Positions 18,035 through 32,123 of a DNA stretch of 64,000 bases are shown here, piece by piece. Under the pieces are notes generated by a model. That model was given only the letters and a program-made list of their open reading frames with translations, searched no databases and was not told the origin of the DNA. Every line of letters starts with the position of its first letter. Within the stretch, counting starts at the first letter, position 1. The DNA comes from Octopus vulgaris (taxonomy: Eukaryota), in NCBI GenBank assembly GCA_951406725.2, contig OX597832.1, forward strand, positions 19,530,001-19,594,000, given 5' to 3'. Made by a program: the position numbers and the translations under genes.

Positions 18035-18655
18035 TAAATTTTGGAACAAGGCCAGTAAATTTGAGCAGGTGGTGAAGTCGATTACATGGTCCCCCGTATT
18101 CAGCTGGTATTTGTTTTATCGGTCCCGAAACGATGAAAGCAAAGCCTGCCTATTTGGCATTTGAACTCAGAATGTTAAGTCCGAAGATACATTTCTAAGC
18201 ATTTTATTCGGCGCACAAATGATTCTGTCAGCTCGCTGACTTGAAGCCACATATAATAATCATTTCTACTATGGACACAAGGCCTGGAATTTAAAAGAAA
18301 GGGTATAGTCGATCACATCGCCCCCTGTACTTGACTGGTATTATCGACCTCAAAAGGATGATTGGAAAAGTCGACCCCAGCAGAATTTGAACACAGAAGG
18401 TAATGACGGTGTGCTAACGATTCTGTCAGCTCGCCACCTTCAAGTCATATACAATAATCCTTTCTATTAAAGGTACAAAGCATGAGATTTGGTAGGATTA
18501 TATCGACCCCAGTGTTTCACTGGTACTTAGATTATCGACCCCGAAAGTGTGAAAGACAAAGTCGACCTCGGCAGAATTTGAACTCAGGACGTATAGACAG
18601 ACGAAATACCTACTTCTTTACTACCCACAAGGGGCTAAACACAGAGAGGACAAAT
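18035..18655 (-). mobile_element. Three tandem SINE-B units plus a tail-1 fragment
   Basis: Repeated gattctgtcagctcgc, tcgacccc, aaagtcgacc and cacaagg motifs at about 18035-18245, 18260-18442 and 18455-18610; tail 1 at 18611-18655. Confidence 0.8.
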
Positions 18656-18699
18656 TGATCCCAGGCTGTGGGTTAAAGCCTAGCACTTTTTCTATCGAT

Positions 18700-18980
18700 C
18701 TCTAAGTTACGGAAACGTAAAATTGCGAACAACTGTTGTCAAGTAGTGGTGGTCACACACACACACAAACGAAAGTGTCTAGGTATATATATATATATAT
18801 TTGCTAGACGGAAACTGAAAGAAGCTCGACGGGCTTCTTTCAGTTTCTGTCTAGCAAATCTTTTCACAACGCTTTTGTCGTCTCGGGGCTCTAGTAGAAA
18901 ACACTTGCCCACGATGCTACGTAGTGGGATTGAATCCGGAAGCATATGGTTGGGAAGGAAGCTTCTTGCAGCACAGCCAA
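18700..18980 (-). mobile_element. Degenerate SINE-A with an internal 30-bp fold-back duplication
   Basis: gggcttctttcagtttc...acacttgccca...gtgggattgaatccgg; hairpin 18799-18859. Confidence 0.8.
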
Positions 18981-19175
18981 ACGTAACCCGATAAGTTTAA
19001 AAAGCAAACTCGACATCGGCGTCACTTAAACTCGGAACGTAAGGAGATAGAAAATTACTACAAAGCCATCAATACTAAGAACTTTTAGTAGATGAATCGA
19101 TACCATCATTCGTTAGGACTGACTGATCCTGTATTTATTTATTTATTTATTTATTTATTTATGTATTTATTTATA

Positions 19176-19345
19176 GACGTAGGAGTGGCTGTGTGGTAAG
19201 TAGCTTGCTTACCAGCCACATGGTTCCGGGTTCAGTCCCACTGCTGGTACCTTGGTCAAGTGTCTTCTACTATTGCCTCGGGCCGACCAAAGTCTTCTGA
19301 GTGGATTTGGTAGACGGAAACTGAAAGAAACCCGTCGTATATATG

Positions 19346-19376
<31 letters not shown>

Positions 19377-19583
19377 ATATGTTTGTGTGCCTGTGTTTGT
19401 CCCCCAACATAGCATGACAACCGATGCTGGTGTGTTTACGTCCCCGTAACTTAACGGTTCGGAAAAAAGAGATCGATAGAATAAGTACTAGGCTTACAAA
19501 GAATAAGTCCTGGGGTCGATTTGCTCGACTAAAGGCAGTGCTCCCGCATGGCCACAGTCACATGAATGAAACAAGTAAAAGAG
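19176..19583 (+). mobile_element. Full-length SINE-A (tRNA head, CORE-like segment, internal (TA)n(TG)n, gtaaaaga tail)
   Basis: A box tggctgtgtggt, B box gggttcagtccc, accttggtcaagtgtct CORE-like motif; co-linear with 53959-54386. Confidence 0.92.
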
Positions 19584-19970
19584 TTATCTATTTATTCGTT
19601 GACCCCCAATACGGATGTAAAGCAAGTGTGACCTCGGTAGGAACTGAACTCATAACGTAAAAGGACCAGAACAAATTAACGCAATGAATTTCTTGCCGAC
19701 TCTGTCCAAATAATAAGAAAAGAAAGCAGAATAAGGAATGCAGATAAGAAAAAAAAAAAAAAAAAAGAACGAACTACTATCGACAATGGCCTTTTCATCG
19801 AGGCGGTAAGTCATCTAATTATTTGAACAGAATACTGGCCAAACACACTTACCCACGCGCCTTCTCACATACTACTGACACTAACATCAGCTTTCGCCAA
19901 CCTACCACTCGGCAAATATTGTGATAGCAGACACGGTTTGTTCTTTATTGTTTTGTGTTTTGCTTCGTTT

Positions 19971-20037
<67 letters not shown>

Positions 20038-20046
20038 CTGTGTGTC

Positions 20047-20085
<39 letters not shown>

Positions 20086-20229
20086 ATGTATGTATGTATG
20101 TGTGTATGTATAGATTTCTATTTTCTTCTTTCGTTCTTTCGTTAATGTCTTTCTCCTATAATCATTCACCTTTGCTGGCTTTTATCCGTTATCTGTGTTC
20201 CTGCCGTAGTGTGTAAGGGTGTAAGGTGA

Positions 20230-20560
20230 TATGACGGTGGTTATATGATGACAGTGGTGGTGGCGGCGGTGCTGGCGGTGGTGGTGGTTAAATGGTGGTG
20301 GTAAAGGTGGAGGTAACGTTGGTTGTAAGTGATGGCGACGTTTTGTGATGATGGTGGCGTTGCCGGTGGAGTTTCTAGTAGAATGGTAATGTTTTCGAGG
20401 GTAGTGTTGTTCACAGTGATAGTGGTAGTGGTGGTGGTGGTGGTGGTGGTGGTGGCAGTGGTGGTGGTGGTGGTGGTGGTTGCGGCAGTGGTAGCATTGA
20501 TGACTGTGGCAGTGGTGGAAGTAGGTAGAAGTGATTATCTAGTGGTGATGACAGTGGTGT

Positions 20561-20614
<54 letters not shown>

Positions 20615-20950
20615 CGATGACGACGACGACGACAATGATGATGATGGTGGTGGTGGTGGTGGTGGTGGTGGTGGTTGCAATGTTAGTATTAGTGTTGTTT
20701 GATGGTAGTTGTGTCATGATGGTGGTTGTATCTTGATAGTGATGACGGTGGTTGTGGTGGTGGTGGTGATGGTAGTGGTGGTGGTGTTGGTGGTGATGGC
20801 GGTGATGCTGACTGGAAGAGTATTATAAAGAAAGTGTTGTATGTGTGAATGTTATGTTCATGATTTCTGGTGGTGGAGCCAGTGATGGTAATATTGGTTG
20901 TGATGGTAGTGGTGATAGCCATGAAGATGGTGGTACTATTAGTGGTGGTG
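20230..20950. repeat. (GGT/GAT)n cryptic trinucleotide tract
   Basis: Direct reading. Confidence 0.9.
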
Positions 20951-20954
20951 GACG

Positions 20955-21150
20955 CCGAGCACGTTGCTTAGCGGCATGTTCGTCTGTTTTTACGTTTTGA
21001 GTTCAAATTCCAACAAGGTCGACTTCGCCTTCGCTTTTCAACTTTTCGAGGTCAATAAAATAAGTACCAGTGGAGTACTGGGGGTCGATGTAATCGACTT
21101 ACACCCTCCCCCGAAAATACTGGCATTATGCCAAAATTTGAAATCAATAT
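20955..21150 (+). mobile_element. SINE-B, tail type 2
   Basis: gagttcaaattcc...ggtcgacttcgcc...aagtaccag...ctggggtcgatgtaatcgact. Confidence 0.8.
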
Positions 21151-21365
21151 TTGTTGTATTCGTAGTAGATACAGTAGCATTGCTGCTGTAGTTGTAAGGG
21201 TGTGGTGTTGGTATAGACACTAGTTGTGACGGGTGGTATTGGTTTTGGTGGTAAATTGCCAAATTTATTCGCTAACCTCTCCACATTTTCTGTTCTTATT
21301 TCTCCGTCACTCATTCCTTCTCACATGCCCTCTGGTTATAGGATTTAGTCATTCTTTCTTTTCCT

Positions 21366-21407
<42 letters not shown>

Positions 21408-21477
21408 TTTCTTTCTTTCTTTCAATATTTTTTTCTCATTCACATTTCTCCCATTCTTTCTGCATACTCTTTACTCC

Positions 21478-21562
21478 TTACTCTTTTACTTGTTTCAGTT
21501 ATTTGACTGCGGTCATGTTGGAGCACCACCTTTAGTCGAATAAAATCGACCCTAGGACTATT
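21478..21562 (-). mobile_element. SINE-A 3' tail fragment
   Basis: tactcttttacttgtttcagttatttgactgcggtcatgttggagcacc. Confidence 0.8.
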
Positions 21563-22139
21563 CCTATAGACAGCAAAAAGGTTTTTTTTTTTAAATCGTT
21601 TCTTAACTCAAATATTTCGTGCTGCTTGTTGCATTTTGAGCAAAATATGTATAAGTATATCTAAGAATTATGTTGCTACAAGAAAAGTCGACGCTACCTC
21701 CTCTTAGATTCGAAGGCGTTGAAAGAAGTCGCTCAGACGAGTTAATATTCTTTTTTCATTCCAGGAGAGGGAGAAAACCGCAGATCTGGGTTGCTACCAC
21801 TCGTGACGCATACTCCAGAGCGAGACATACCACTTCCCCTGTAAACGTGAGAGATGCCACCCGTTACGCAGAGTAGGGTAGATTCCTTTACGCGCTGGTC
21901 GTTGTTCGATTCCTGGATTGCCGCCCTCAGGCGTCAAATTGAGATGACGCCGTCACAACTAAGAAAACAGTCCCACGAGTGTGTGCATTTGTTTACGGCA
22001 ATACTTTTGCTACCATATCCACTGGATGATGACAATAAAATAAATTCAGCAGAAAATGAAGGATTTAATTATATCAATTAATTGTTTGGAATTGCAAAGT
22101 GAAGCAACTTAGTTGGAATCTGACCAGACAAATCGAAAA

Positions 22140-23720
22140 ATTCAAGGCATTTTCCAATTTCTTCGTTTCTTATTGATTTAGTTTTTTATTATTATTCTTT
22201 ATTTGAAGAAACATTTCGTTTTCTCTTTCATTCCTTTATGATCCTCCACGTCTTTCTATAACTTGTTCTGAACTATTTCGACTTTTACCATTCCAGTTGC
22301 ATTTTTTAATTCTTTTTAAAATCTATTTCGTTGTTTATTTTCCTCATTTTTCTTTCCATTATATTTCTTCCTATTTCATTATTTCAATTTGTTCTTTATA
22401 AACTTTGCTCTTCTTTTTCTATTCTTTAATTCTATCTTTACCATTTTATTTCATCCTTTTTTTTTCACTTGGCGAATCTGGCAGAGTCGTTAGCACGCCG
22501 GCCAAAATGTTTTGCAGCATTTCCTCCATCTCTACGTGTTAAGTTCAAATCCGCCGAGTTCCATTTAGCATTTCATCATTTTGGGATGAATAAATTAAGT
22601 AAGCGACATCCTCCACACCCTAAAAATGCTGGCCTTGTGCCAAAATTTCAAAACTATATTTCATTCTTTTAATCTTCCATTCTTCACAAATTAATTTTAT
22701 ATTTCGTTATTTTCCCTTGTTTTCTTCCTCTCTTCCTCTACTTTGCTGTGTTCTTTCTTTCATTCCTTTTTCAGGTTTTGCTTTCTTTCTTTCCTTTTAT
22801 TTTTTCTTTCCCTTTTTTCTTTCTTTTCTTTCTTTCCTTTTTAATTTTTTCTTTCCCTTTTTTCTTTCTTTTCTTTCATTCTTTCTTTCTTTCCACATTA
22901 CCCTTATCAATTTTCTATTCTTTCTTCTACTTTCTTTCATTTATCCTTACGTTTTCAACATTTCCTTCTCTCTTTCAATTTCATTGTCTTTCATTCGTTT
23001 ACTTTCTTCCTATTCTTCTTTCTTCCTACCTTTGTCTTACCTTTTCTCTACTCATACTTTTTAAAATTCTCTTTTCTCCAAACATTTTTTTTTTGCTTGA
23101 ATCCCTTCTTTTTTTTTAAATATAATGTTTCTTTCTTTTTTCCTTCATTTCTTATTTCTTTCCACCCATCTATCTTTAGGTCTGTCTTTACTGCCATCTT
23201 CTTCTTCATTTCATCATTTCTCTGATATTTTTAAGATATTCTTCATCGCTATTTTCCACTATTAATTATTTTCACCAAAACTATTCCCTTCTTTTCTTCT
23301 TGCCATTTTCACTTCCCTCCTTTCCCCCTTTTTTTCTTCCTTTTTTCTCCTCATACTCCATTTTTATAAACTTTATTTCTGTGGTTTTTCTTCCTTTCTT
23401 CTTTCTTGCCTTACATTGTTTCTCTCCCTTTGATTTCTTCTTTTTATGGTTCCTTCTGCCTTCCATACATCTTAATTTTATTTTATTTTCTTTGGATCGT
23501 GTCTGCTTTATTTAAATTTTTCTAAACGTTATTTAACTTTCTTCCCCCTACCCTCTCGTTCATGCTTTCTGTTCATCTTTCCTTCTAACTATCTTTGAAA
23601 ATTTACGTCTTTCTTATTTTAATTCAGTACTATTTATTGCTTTACTCCGCTCACTTTTTCTCATTTATTTTTTTCCACATCGTCCATTTTAATTTAGTTC
23701 TTTTACGAAATTTCCCTATC
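22140..23720. repeat. About 1.6-kb T/C-rich low-complexity tract containing a degenerate SINE-B at 22470-22660
   Basis: Strong pyrimidine strand bias; ctggcagagtcgttagcacgccgg...gttcaaatccgccgag. Confidence 0.8.
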
Positions 23721-23726
23721 TAATTT

Positions 23727-23780
<54 letters not shown>

Positions 23781-24744
23781 GCATGCATACATACATATAT
23801 ATTCACACACGTGCGCATAAACACATACACACACATAATATATATATATATATATGTACATGCATACAATATGTATGCACGTATATACATGTACTTGTTT
23901 TTTAATCATGTATATAAAATTTTTTCTGCATTTATATATTTAATTGTATATTTATGTATATGTTTTTCTGAATGAATATATATATAATTACTTATTTACG
24001 TCTTTATTTAAATCGTATTCTTATGTTATCGTTTAGATAGAATCCGCGATAAACGGGACAACGCCATCTTTCACGAACCAATAATGGAGCCGTTGCATAC
24101 TCACTCGGCCTGCCTGCAAGAAATACCTCAAATCCTTGTCTTAGTACAAAAAGGATATGCCAGAAAAAAAAACACAGTTAAAAATTTACTTTATACATGG
24201 TCACGGATGGAATGCTTTAGATGGACAGCTAGATCTAAACCGAGTTTAAACAACATCACCTCTCACCATTTCAGACTCTTCCTTTCTACCGCACCCTTTC
24301 TCTCTCTCTCTCTCTTTGTCTCCTCCTCCTCCTCCTCCTCCTACTACTACTACTACTTGCTCACCTTTCGTTTTTTTCTCTCAGGCTGTTTAGGTAGGAA
24401 GTCCTAATCGCAGCCGCGTGGGGTACGAATTGGCACCAATGCAGGGCAACCTGGGAAAATACTTTCTACAATATCTCCCGAGTATCCAACACCTTATGAG
24501 CGAAGCTGAGTGGTTGGAATCCGTGCAGGAGTGTCGTAATACATATAACAAAGACACATACCAAAAAAACAAAAAAAAACAATCTCCTTCAAAAAATGGT
24601 CCTTTCCATTGAGCCAAAACAAAATCATTCCCAATAATTTAAACTCCCTCTATTACATTTCAGTCCCCAAATACTGAAAAATCTAAGAAGGAAGTATGAA
24701 CGTCTTAACCAATACACAATTACCTACACATTAATAACTTTTTT

Positions 24745-24898
24745 CAGGAGTGGCTGTGTGGTAATTAGCTTGCTTACGAACCACATGGTTCCGGATTCAG
24801 TCCCACTGCGTGGCACCTTGGGCATCTTCTACTTTAGACTTGAGCCGACCAAAACCTTATGAGTGGATTTGGTAGACAGAAACTGAAAGTAGCCCCTC

Positions 24899-24958
<60 letters not shown>

Positions 24959-25208
24959 ATGTGTGTGTGTGCGTGTGTCTATGTTTGTATGTCTGGGCTT
25001 GTTCCCTGCCCCCAACATCGATTGACAACCGATGCTGGTGTGTTTATATCCTCGTAACTTGGCGTTTCGGCAAAAGCGACCGATAGAATAAGCACGGGAC
25101 TTTAAAAATATATATATAAGTATTCAAATACTGGGGTGAATACATTCCACTCGTAATTCTTCAAGGGCTACCCCAGCTAAGCTGGAGTCGAATAACTTAA
25201 GTAAGAGA
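24745..25208 (+). mobile_element. SINE-A
   Basis: Head, CORE-like segment, (TA)n(TG)n, diverged 3' half. Confidence 0.88.
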
Positions 25209-25216
25209 TAAAATAC

Positions 25217-25630
25217 ATGTGTGTGTATATGTATGTATGTACACACGTGCGCACACATGTATGTATGTATATATGTATGCATGCATGCATGTATGTATGT
25301 TTGTATGTATGCATCTATGTATGTATGTATGTATGTATGTATGTATGTATGTATGTATGTATGTATGTATGTATGTATGTATGTACATATGTATGTATGT
25401 ATGTATTTATGTATGTATAAATGTATGTATGTATATGTATGTATGTATGTATGAATGTATGCATGTATGTATGTGTATGTACGTATGTATGTATGTATGT
25501 GTATGTATGCATGTATGTATGTATGTATGTATATGTATGTATGTATGCATGTATGTATGTATGTATGCATGTATGTATGTATGTATGTATGTATGTATGT
25601 ATGTATGCATGTATGTATGTATGTGTATAT
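25217..25630. repeat. (TATG)n tetranucleotide microsatellite
   Basis: Direct reading. Confidence 0.95.
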
Positions 25631-26960
25631 ACACTCGTCTTGTTATCTTTCTTACTGTTCATACATTCTGTTGTTGAGTTATATATGATGTTGCGCCCAT
25701 CACTCGCTGAAATTTCGTCTTGTATTTTTACAAACTTTCAATGGCCATTTCTTATCTACAATCACATGCACACAAATATACGCACACAAGCACACGAGCA
25801 TTCCTATACACAATACACGTGCATCTACACACATACACGATCTCATTGGTTCTCTCTTTACTTCTTCACAAAACTTTTTCTTACCTTCTCTCTCTCTCAC
25901 CCTAACATTCTTACACACATAGCGTATACTCATACATTCATGCGTATAAATACACCTCATTTTCCGCTTTCACAGACATATACGCATAAACATACACAGT
26001 TTTATATTCAAGATATTTCTTATTCTTACACACACAAGCATAAAATTAAACACAAGCACACGAGCACACATTTCTCTCCACTTCTCTTCAACTCTCATTC
26101 TTTCTCTCTCTCTCTCTCTCACTTTCTCAATCACTCAATCTCTCTCTTTCTAGTTCCACACCGCTCCGTTTCCATTTATCTCTTGCACACAAACTCCAAC
26201 CTTTTCCCTGTATCTTTCTTTATCTTTCATTCTCTCATTATCTCTTTCCGTCATTCCCTCTTTTGCATTATTCTCGCCTCTTTCTTCCTTCCTTTATGTA
26301 ACCTTAACTCATTCCTCGAGTCTATTTCCAACTCCACAGCCTTTTCTTTGCGTCTATATATTATCTCTCATCAATTTCTTCACCTACCATTCCTGAAGAC
26401 TCTCCCATACACATGGCACGTACAGATAATTGCTTTTTACAAAACAGTCTTTCAAACCTTAATTTTCCTCGGCTTTCTGTTTTATTGAATTAAAAACGTA
26501 AAATGAATTAACTTCGCCTTTAGAACATTAATAGAACAACCACACAAAGCTAAATTATCTAGAAACACACACGTACACACTCACACACACATTCACCTAT
26601 ACACACACACACGCACATACTTTCGCATACGATGGCTATAGTTATATATATATATATATATATACATATACATGCAACTCTATCAAAGTATATATATATA
26701 TATATATACATATGTACAAACACATAGCTATATACTTATATATAAAAGTATATTTACATAAGAATGTATACATACGTACTCACTAACACATATATATATA
26801 AAAATGTATATATATATATATGTGTGAACAAGCATACATATATATATATATATATATATACATACATGTGTGTGTATGTATTTCTATGTATATATATACA
26901 CACACACACATATATATATATGCATATATATATACATATATATACATGCGTGTGCTTGTG

Positions 26961-27013
<53 letters not shown>

Positions 27014-27743
27014 TATAGCTGTGGAATTTAAATTCATTCTGTTGCATCAAGCTCTTTGCTAAACTGGTGCAAGAAGAAATATACCATCTTTTAGAAAACG
27101 GTGACTCTTTCCTTGTTCTTTTTACCAGTAAAGGGTTTGGTATATTTGGATATCTATCAGTGATAGAAGAGAACGTTCCCCACTCCGAAATTTTTCTTCA
27201 ATATACTTATTATTTTTATATTTTTGCAAACAACTATGTTGGTTCGTAATGACGTACTCAGGTGTAACATGTTGAGATTCAACTCACAATTTTGGAAGCA
27301 ATAACAACATCTTCTGTTTGGCTCATCACAAGTGTTGTGAAGAAAAATGTATTTTGCTCCCAGGAGCCAATATAGGAGTTTCTCTCATTGTAACTACCGC
27401 AGTAAAGTCTGTTATTAAAGAACATCCACGTTTAAAGGGGGTAAATATTACATCCTTGAACATTTTCAAAATATGTAACACAATGAAAATAAAACAAAAC
27501 ATAGAAACCATGGAACACAATGTACCGAAACCGCTGAAATACTTAGCGTGCCCGCCGATGAAGGCCGTATCTTAGTATTCTTTTGACGACTGTCCTGTCA
27601 GATACAGGCTTTTATCTTTTGGGTCCAGTCTTTATTGAAGATGATGTATTGAGTTGTCAGTCTAATCCTATTACAGAAAATCATGAATGAAAGTCGATCT
27701 GGTATGCCTCAAATACGTACTTTTCGTAATATTCTAGCAAAAA

Positions 27744-27781
27744 CTGTCCGACTAACGGGAACGTGAAAATCAAAGTAACAG
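27744..27781 (+). ncRNA. Degenerate hammerhead-like motif in a pLTR-like end abutting (TA)n
   Basis: cugu-CCGACUA-acg-ggaa-cgu-GAAA-aucaaa-GUA-acag: stems I and II intact, core mutated; aataaa just before the (TA)n. Confidence 0.45.
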
Positions 27782-27837
27782 GTTTTGTTGAATTTTCTGC
27801 TGCTTTTAAATAAAGTATATATATATATATATATATG

Positions 27838-27916
<79 letters not shown>

Positions 27917-28499
27917 TACACTTAAGCAACACAGTATTTAATATAATAGTCTACGTTTGAAGATAATGCCCCAGCGTGACCTCCAGAATCTAAGTAATAT
28001 ACAATGACGAACTGGGAGATTATTAGCTTAGTAAAATACAGTGTTTCTAAGGAATGGTAAAAAACGATAAAATCAGTTTCTTATTCTTCTTGAATTAGTA
28101 AATAATTCATTGACTTAGGATGGACGAAAAACAAAGCGTATCGGTGCAAAATCGAACGTAGAGCAGATTGGGATGCTATTAAGTGCCGGAAGGGACTTTT
28201 ATAACCCCAGACAAGGATTTTGCTAATATACGCGGTGAACAGCGAGTTCAAGGAAAAACATTTGAACAATCAGACGGTTTATCCTTGTCTTATACCATTA
28301 CACCCACCCAAGAAAATAACCACAAAGTACTTTTTTCTTCTGATGGCCAGCTAATGTACAAACATTAAATCGTGACTTTTAAATTATACACATCCATTAT
28401 CTTAACACAGTTTAAATAAATGGTCAACACATCACATTTTGTCTTCAACACCTGCCTCCAACCAACACCCATACAATACCCCCGTTTCCGAAAATTTCG

Positions 28500-28636
28500 C
28501 GTGTATATATGTATGTATGTATGTATGTATCTATCTATCTATCTATCGATCGATATATATATATATGGATGTGTGTGTGTGTATATACACGTGTGTATGT
28601 ATATATATATATATACGTATGTATGCATATATATAT

Positions 28637-28669
<33 letters not shown>

Positions 28670-28676
28670 TGTATGC

Positions 28677-28731
<55 letters not shown>

Positions 28732-29665
28732 TATTTATATACATATATATATATACACATATATATATATATATACATGCATATATACACACACATATAT
28801 ATATATATACATCCGCACATAGACCTGTGCTCACACATACACGTTCGCATATATATATACATATATAAACACACACATAAATAAATATATACATATATAC
28901 ATATATATATATATATACACACACACATACATAAATATATACATACACACATATACACACACACACATATATATATACATACACATCAATATATATATAT
29001 GCATGTATATAAATATATCCACTAACCATACCCAATTCTAACCCTCCACCTCACCCTTTCTCTCCAAGTCGGTCTCTCCCCAAACCCATAAACACCTAAC
29101 TCAAGCACCCTAAGCCTTTCATTTTTTTATTTTTCGTCCCTTTTTAGCATTTCCCTTCCCCAACCCCACCTCACCCCACCCCACTCCATATTATTCTTTC
29201 TCTATTCTTTTTTTTTTTGCTCTCTTGGCTTTCTTGTCTTTATGTTTATAATTACAACTCCATTCTCACATTATCCATCTCAATGTCAAATAGTCCTTTC
29301 TCATACACTGTTTCGAAATATGCTCTCACCTGTCTTTGCCGCTCTAAAAACCCGAAAATTTCATGTGAGCTTAGCTTCTGGTTAGGTGTTGTTTTCTCGT
29401 TTATTTGTTTACCTTTTATAATGTTACAGCTCTCACTTATTCTCTTCCGCCCTATCTTTCTCTTTCTCTCTTTCACTTAACACCTTTGCCATCTCTGTCA
29501 TTACTTACCGTCACCTCTCTACCCTCACACTTACACGTTACCTTCTCACTCACACCCTCAACACAAACTCATTCTTTCTTTCTTAAGTCATTTATTGTTT
29601 ATTGCTGACGCAGTCATTGGAGACTATATTTTTAATGCTATTTTTATGCGTGCGTACAGTATATA

Positions 29666-29701
<36 letters not shown>

Positions 29702-29890
29702 TGTATGTATGTATGTATGTATGTATGTATGTATGTATGTATGTATGTATGTATGTATGTATGTATGTATGTATGTGTGTATATGCATTCACTCATACAC
29801 ATATACACACATATATCTATATATATAATATATGGATAACTATAAACCTATAAAAGTATAATACGTGATACGTATATGAATACGTTTATG

Positions 29891-29923
<33 letters not shown>

Positions 29924-30040
29924 GTATTTATATATATATATATTAATTTATATATATACATATATACATATATATCTATAAGCATATATACATATATATA
30001 CAAATATTTATATACAACTTTATGTGTATATGTATATAAA
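28500..30040. repeat. (TA)n/(CA)n/(TATG)n microsatellite blocks
   Basis: Direct reading (28500-29010, 29660-30040). Confidence 0.85.
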
Positions 30041-30424
30041 GCTTACAAAAAGAATATAAAAATGTCAAACTCAGGTCAGTAGTGCATTACTGAGTTAGTG
30101 AAGTGTCCAGGTGATCGATGATTCGCTTCCCATCACCTGGCCGAGAACTATTTTCCTCATCCTTTCTCTCATTACCATGTTGGCTATTTGCATACGCACA
30201 CGCGCGTGCACACGAACACACACACACACACAGAAGGACAACCGCACGCGCGCATTCACGCACACTCATGACTTACCTGGATTTTCAGTATCATGGACAC
30301 TACGTGACACTTCTTTATAATTGATTACTATGTGGACTGGTAGCCGAGTCCGTAAGAGAAGCTTCATGTGATAGATTCATGGTTCTATGAATCTGCTATT
30401 CATTTAACTATATATGTGTGTGTG

Positions 30425-30492
<68 letters not shown>

Positions 30493-30701
30493 CAAAAATG
30501 ACAGCCCAATGAGAAATATCCCAACAATGTAAAGGTCTAGAAATGTCGAATATGAATTTAGGAACCTTATTGCTCGCAGCAAATCAAAATAAACCTCTAA
30601 GAGAATTAGAAATATCTAAATTGCAAACTATGAAATTTCAACATCACCGTTTTTCTTTTGTAATTGAAACATACAAACGCATGTTTGTATATGTGCGTAT
30701 A

Positions 30702-30735
<34 letters not shown>

Positions 30736-30758
30736 GATATATATAGATATATATATGT

Positions 30759-30818
<60 letters not shown>

Positions 30819-30828
30819 ATATTATTAC

Positions 30829-30907
<79 letters not shown>

Positions 30908-31487
30908 GGCGCAGGAGTCGCTAAGAGGTAAGTAGCTTGATTATCACCACATGGTTCCGGGTTCTGTCCCACTGCATGGCAGCTTCGGCAAGTGTCTTCT
31001 ACTACAGCCTCGGGCCGACAAAAGACTTGTGAGTGGATTTGGTAGACGGAAACTGAAAGAAGCCCGTCGTATATATATATATGAGTTGGCCCGATCGGAG
31101 CAATCTCAAGATTAATCAGCTGAAATTGCGAGGATGATCCGGTTCTTGACTGAAGATTAGAGGCTTCGAATGACCCATCCGTTTTCGTATCGACTATTTG
31201 AATGTTTTGCGTTCTTGTCCCATTTTGTATTTTTATATATTTTATATATATATATATATATATATGCATGTGTGTATATATGTTTGTGTGTGTATGTGTC
31301 CCCAACATCGGTTGACAACTGATGCTGGTGTTTACGTCCCCGTAACTTAGCAGTTCGTCAAAAGAGAGCGATAGAATAACTGCTAGGCTCACAAAGAATA
31401 AGTCCTGGGGTCGATTTGTTCGACTGAAGGCGATGGTCCAGCATGGCTGGGGTCAAATTCAATGAAACAAGTAAAAGAGTAAACGAG

Positions 31488-31488
<1 letters not shown>
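30908..31488 (+). mobile_element. SINE-A directly after (ATT)n, with an about 155-bp foreign insert (31083-31240) in its internal (TA)n
   Basis: Both SINE halves are co-linear with the consensus; the insert is flanked by TA repeats. Confidence 0.88.
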
Positions 31489-31518
<30 letters not shown>

Positions 31519-31618
31519 ATATAAAATTAATTAAGGGTAGAAATTGATATTTATCAATTAAGACCAGTGGTCTAGCATATTAAAAAAGAAACTGAAGATT
31601 AAAATATTTATATATACC

Positions 31619-31821
31619 AATTAAGGACTGAACACGAAAAGTGGACAGTCAACATGCTAGATATAGACGTCAAATCGTCATTCACCACAAAAGATTATGT
31701 TCTCAGATCAAACTCAACACTGTTGAGTTTGATCTGAGAACATAATCTTTTGTGGTGAATGACGATTTGACGTCTATATCTAGCATGTTGACTGTCCACT
31801 TTTCGTGTTCAGTCCTTAATT
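31619..31821. repeat. Perfect palindrome, 101-bp arms, 1-nt spacer (31720)
   Basis: Arms checked base by base as exact reverse complements. Confidence 0.95.
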
Positions 31822-31823
31822 TA

Positions 31824-31886
<63 letters not shown>

Positions 31887-31890
<4 letters not shown>

Positions 31891-32080
31891 CTTTTATACA
31901 GAAAGATGAAGACAAGTAAAGGAACGATAAATAGGTGCATTTGTTTGACGCTTGCGGAGAATGGAAAAATCATTAACGTTTCGATAGAAATGATTCAGAG
32001 GGAAAAAATGAAGAGAGAGTGAAAAAGGCGAAATGGGAAAAACAAATGTGTAGGGTTTCATGGTTCAACGTGATGAAAAG

Positions 32081-32085
<5 letters not shown>
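31887..32085 (-). mobile_element. Degenerate pLTR-like repeat (8195/42800 family) between (TA)n tracts
   Basis: Minus strand: cgaaacgttaatgatttttccattc..caagcgtcaaac..cttgtcttcatctt. Confidence 0.5.

Positions 32086-32123
<38 letters not shown>

Noticed and set aside
21660-22030. Possible exon (ttcattccag acceptor) or LINE AP-endonuclease relic
   Set aside because: Only vague motif echoes (LQE, FFHS) and short frames; cannot be supported
24040-24260. Possible further repeat family (faint echoes at about 34020-34130 and 55460-55810)
   Set aside because: Similarity too weak to define boundaries by eye
31619-31821. CRISPR array or bacterial terminator reading of the palindromes and SINE repeats
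   Set aside because: No repeat-spacer periodicity, no cas genes, eukaryotic context
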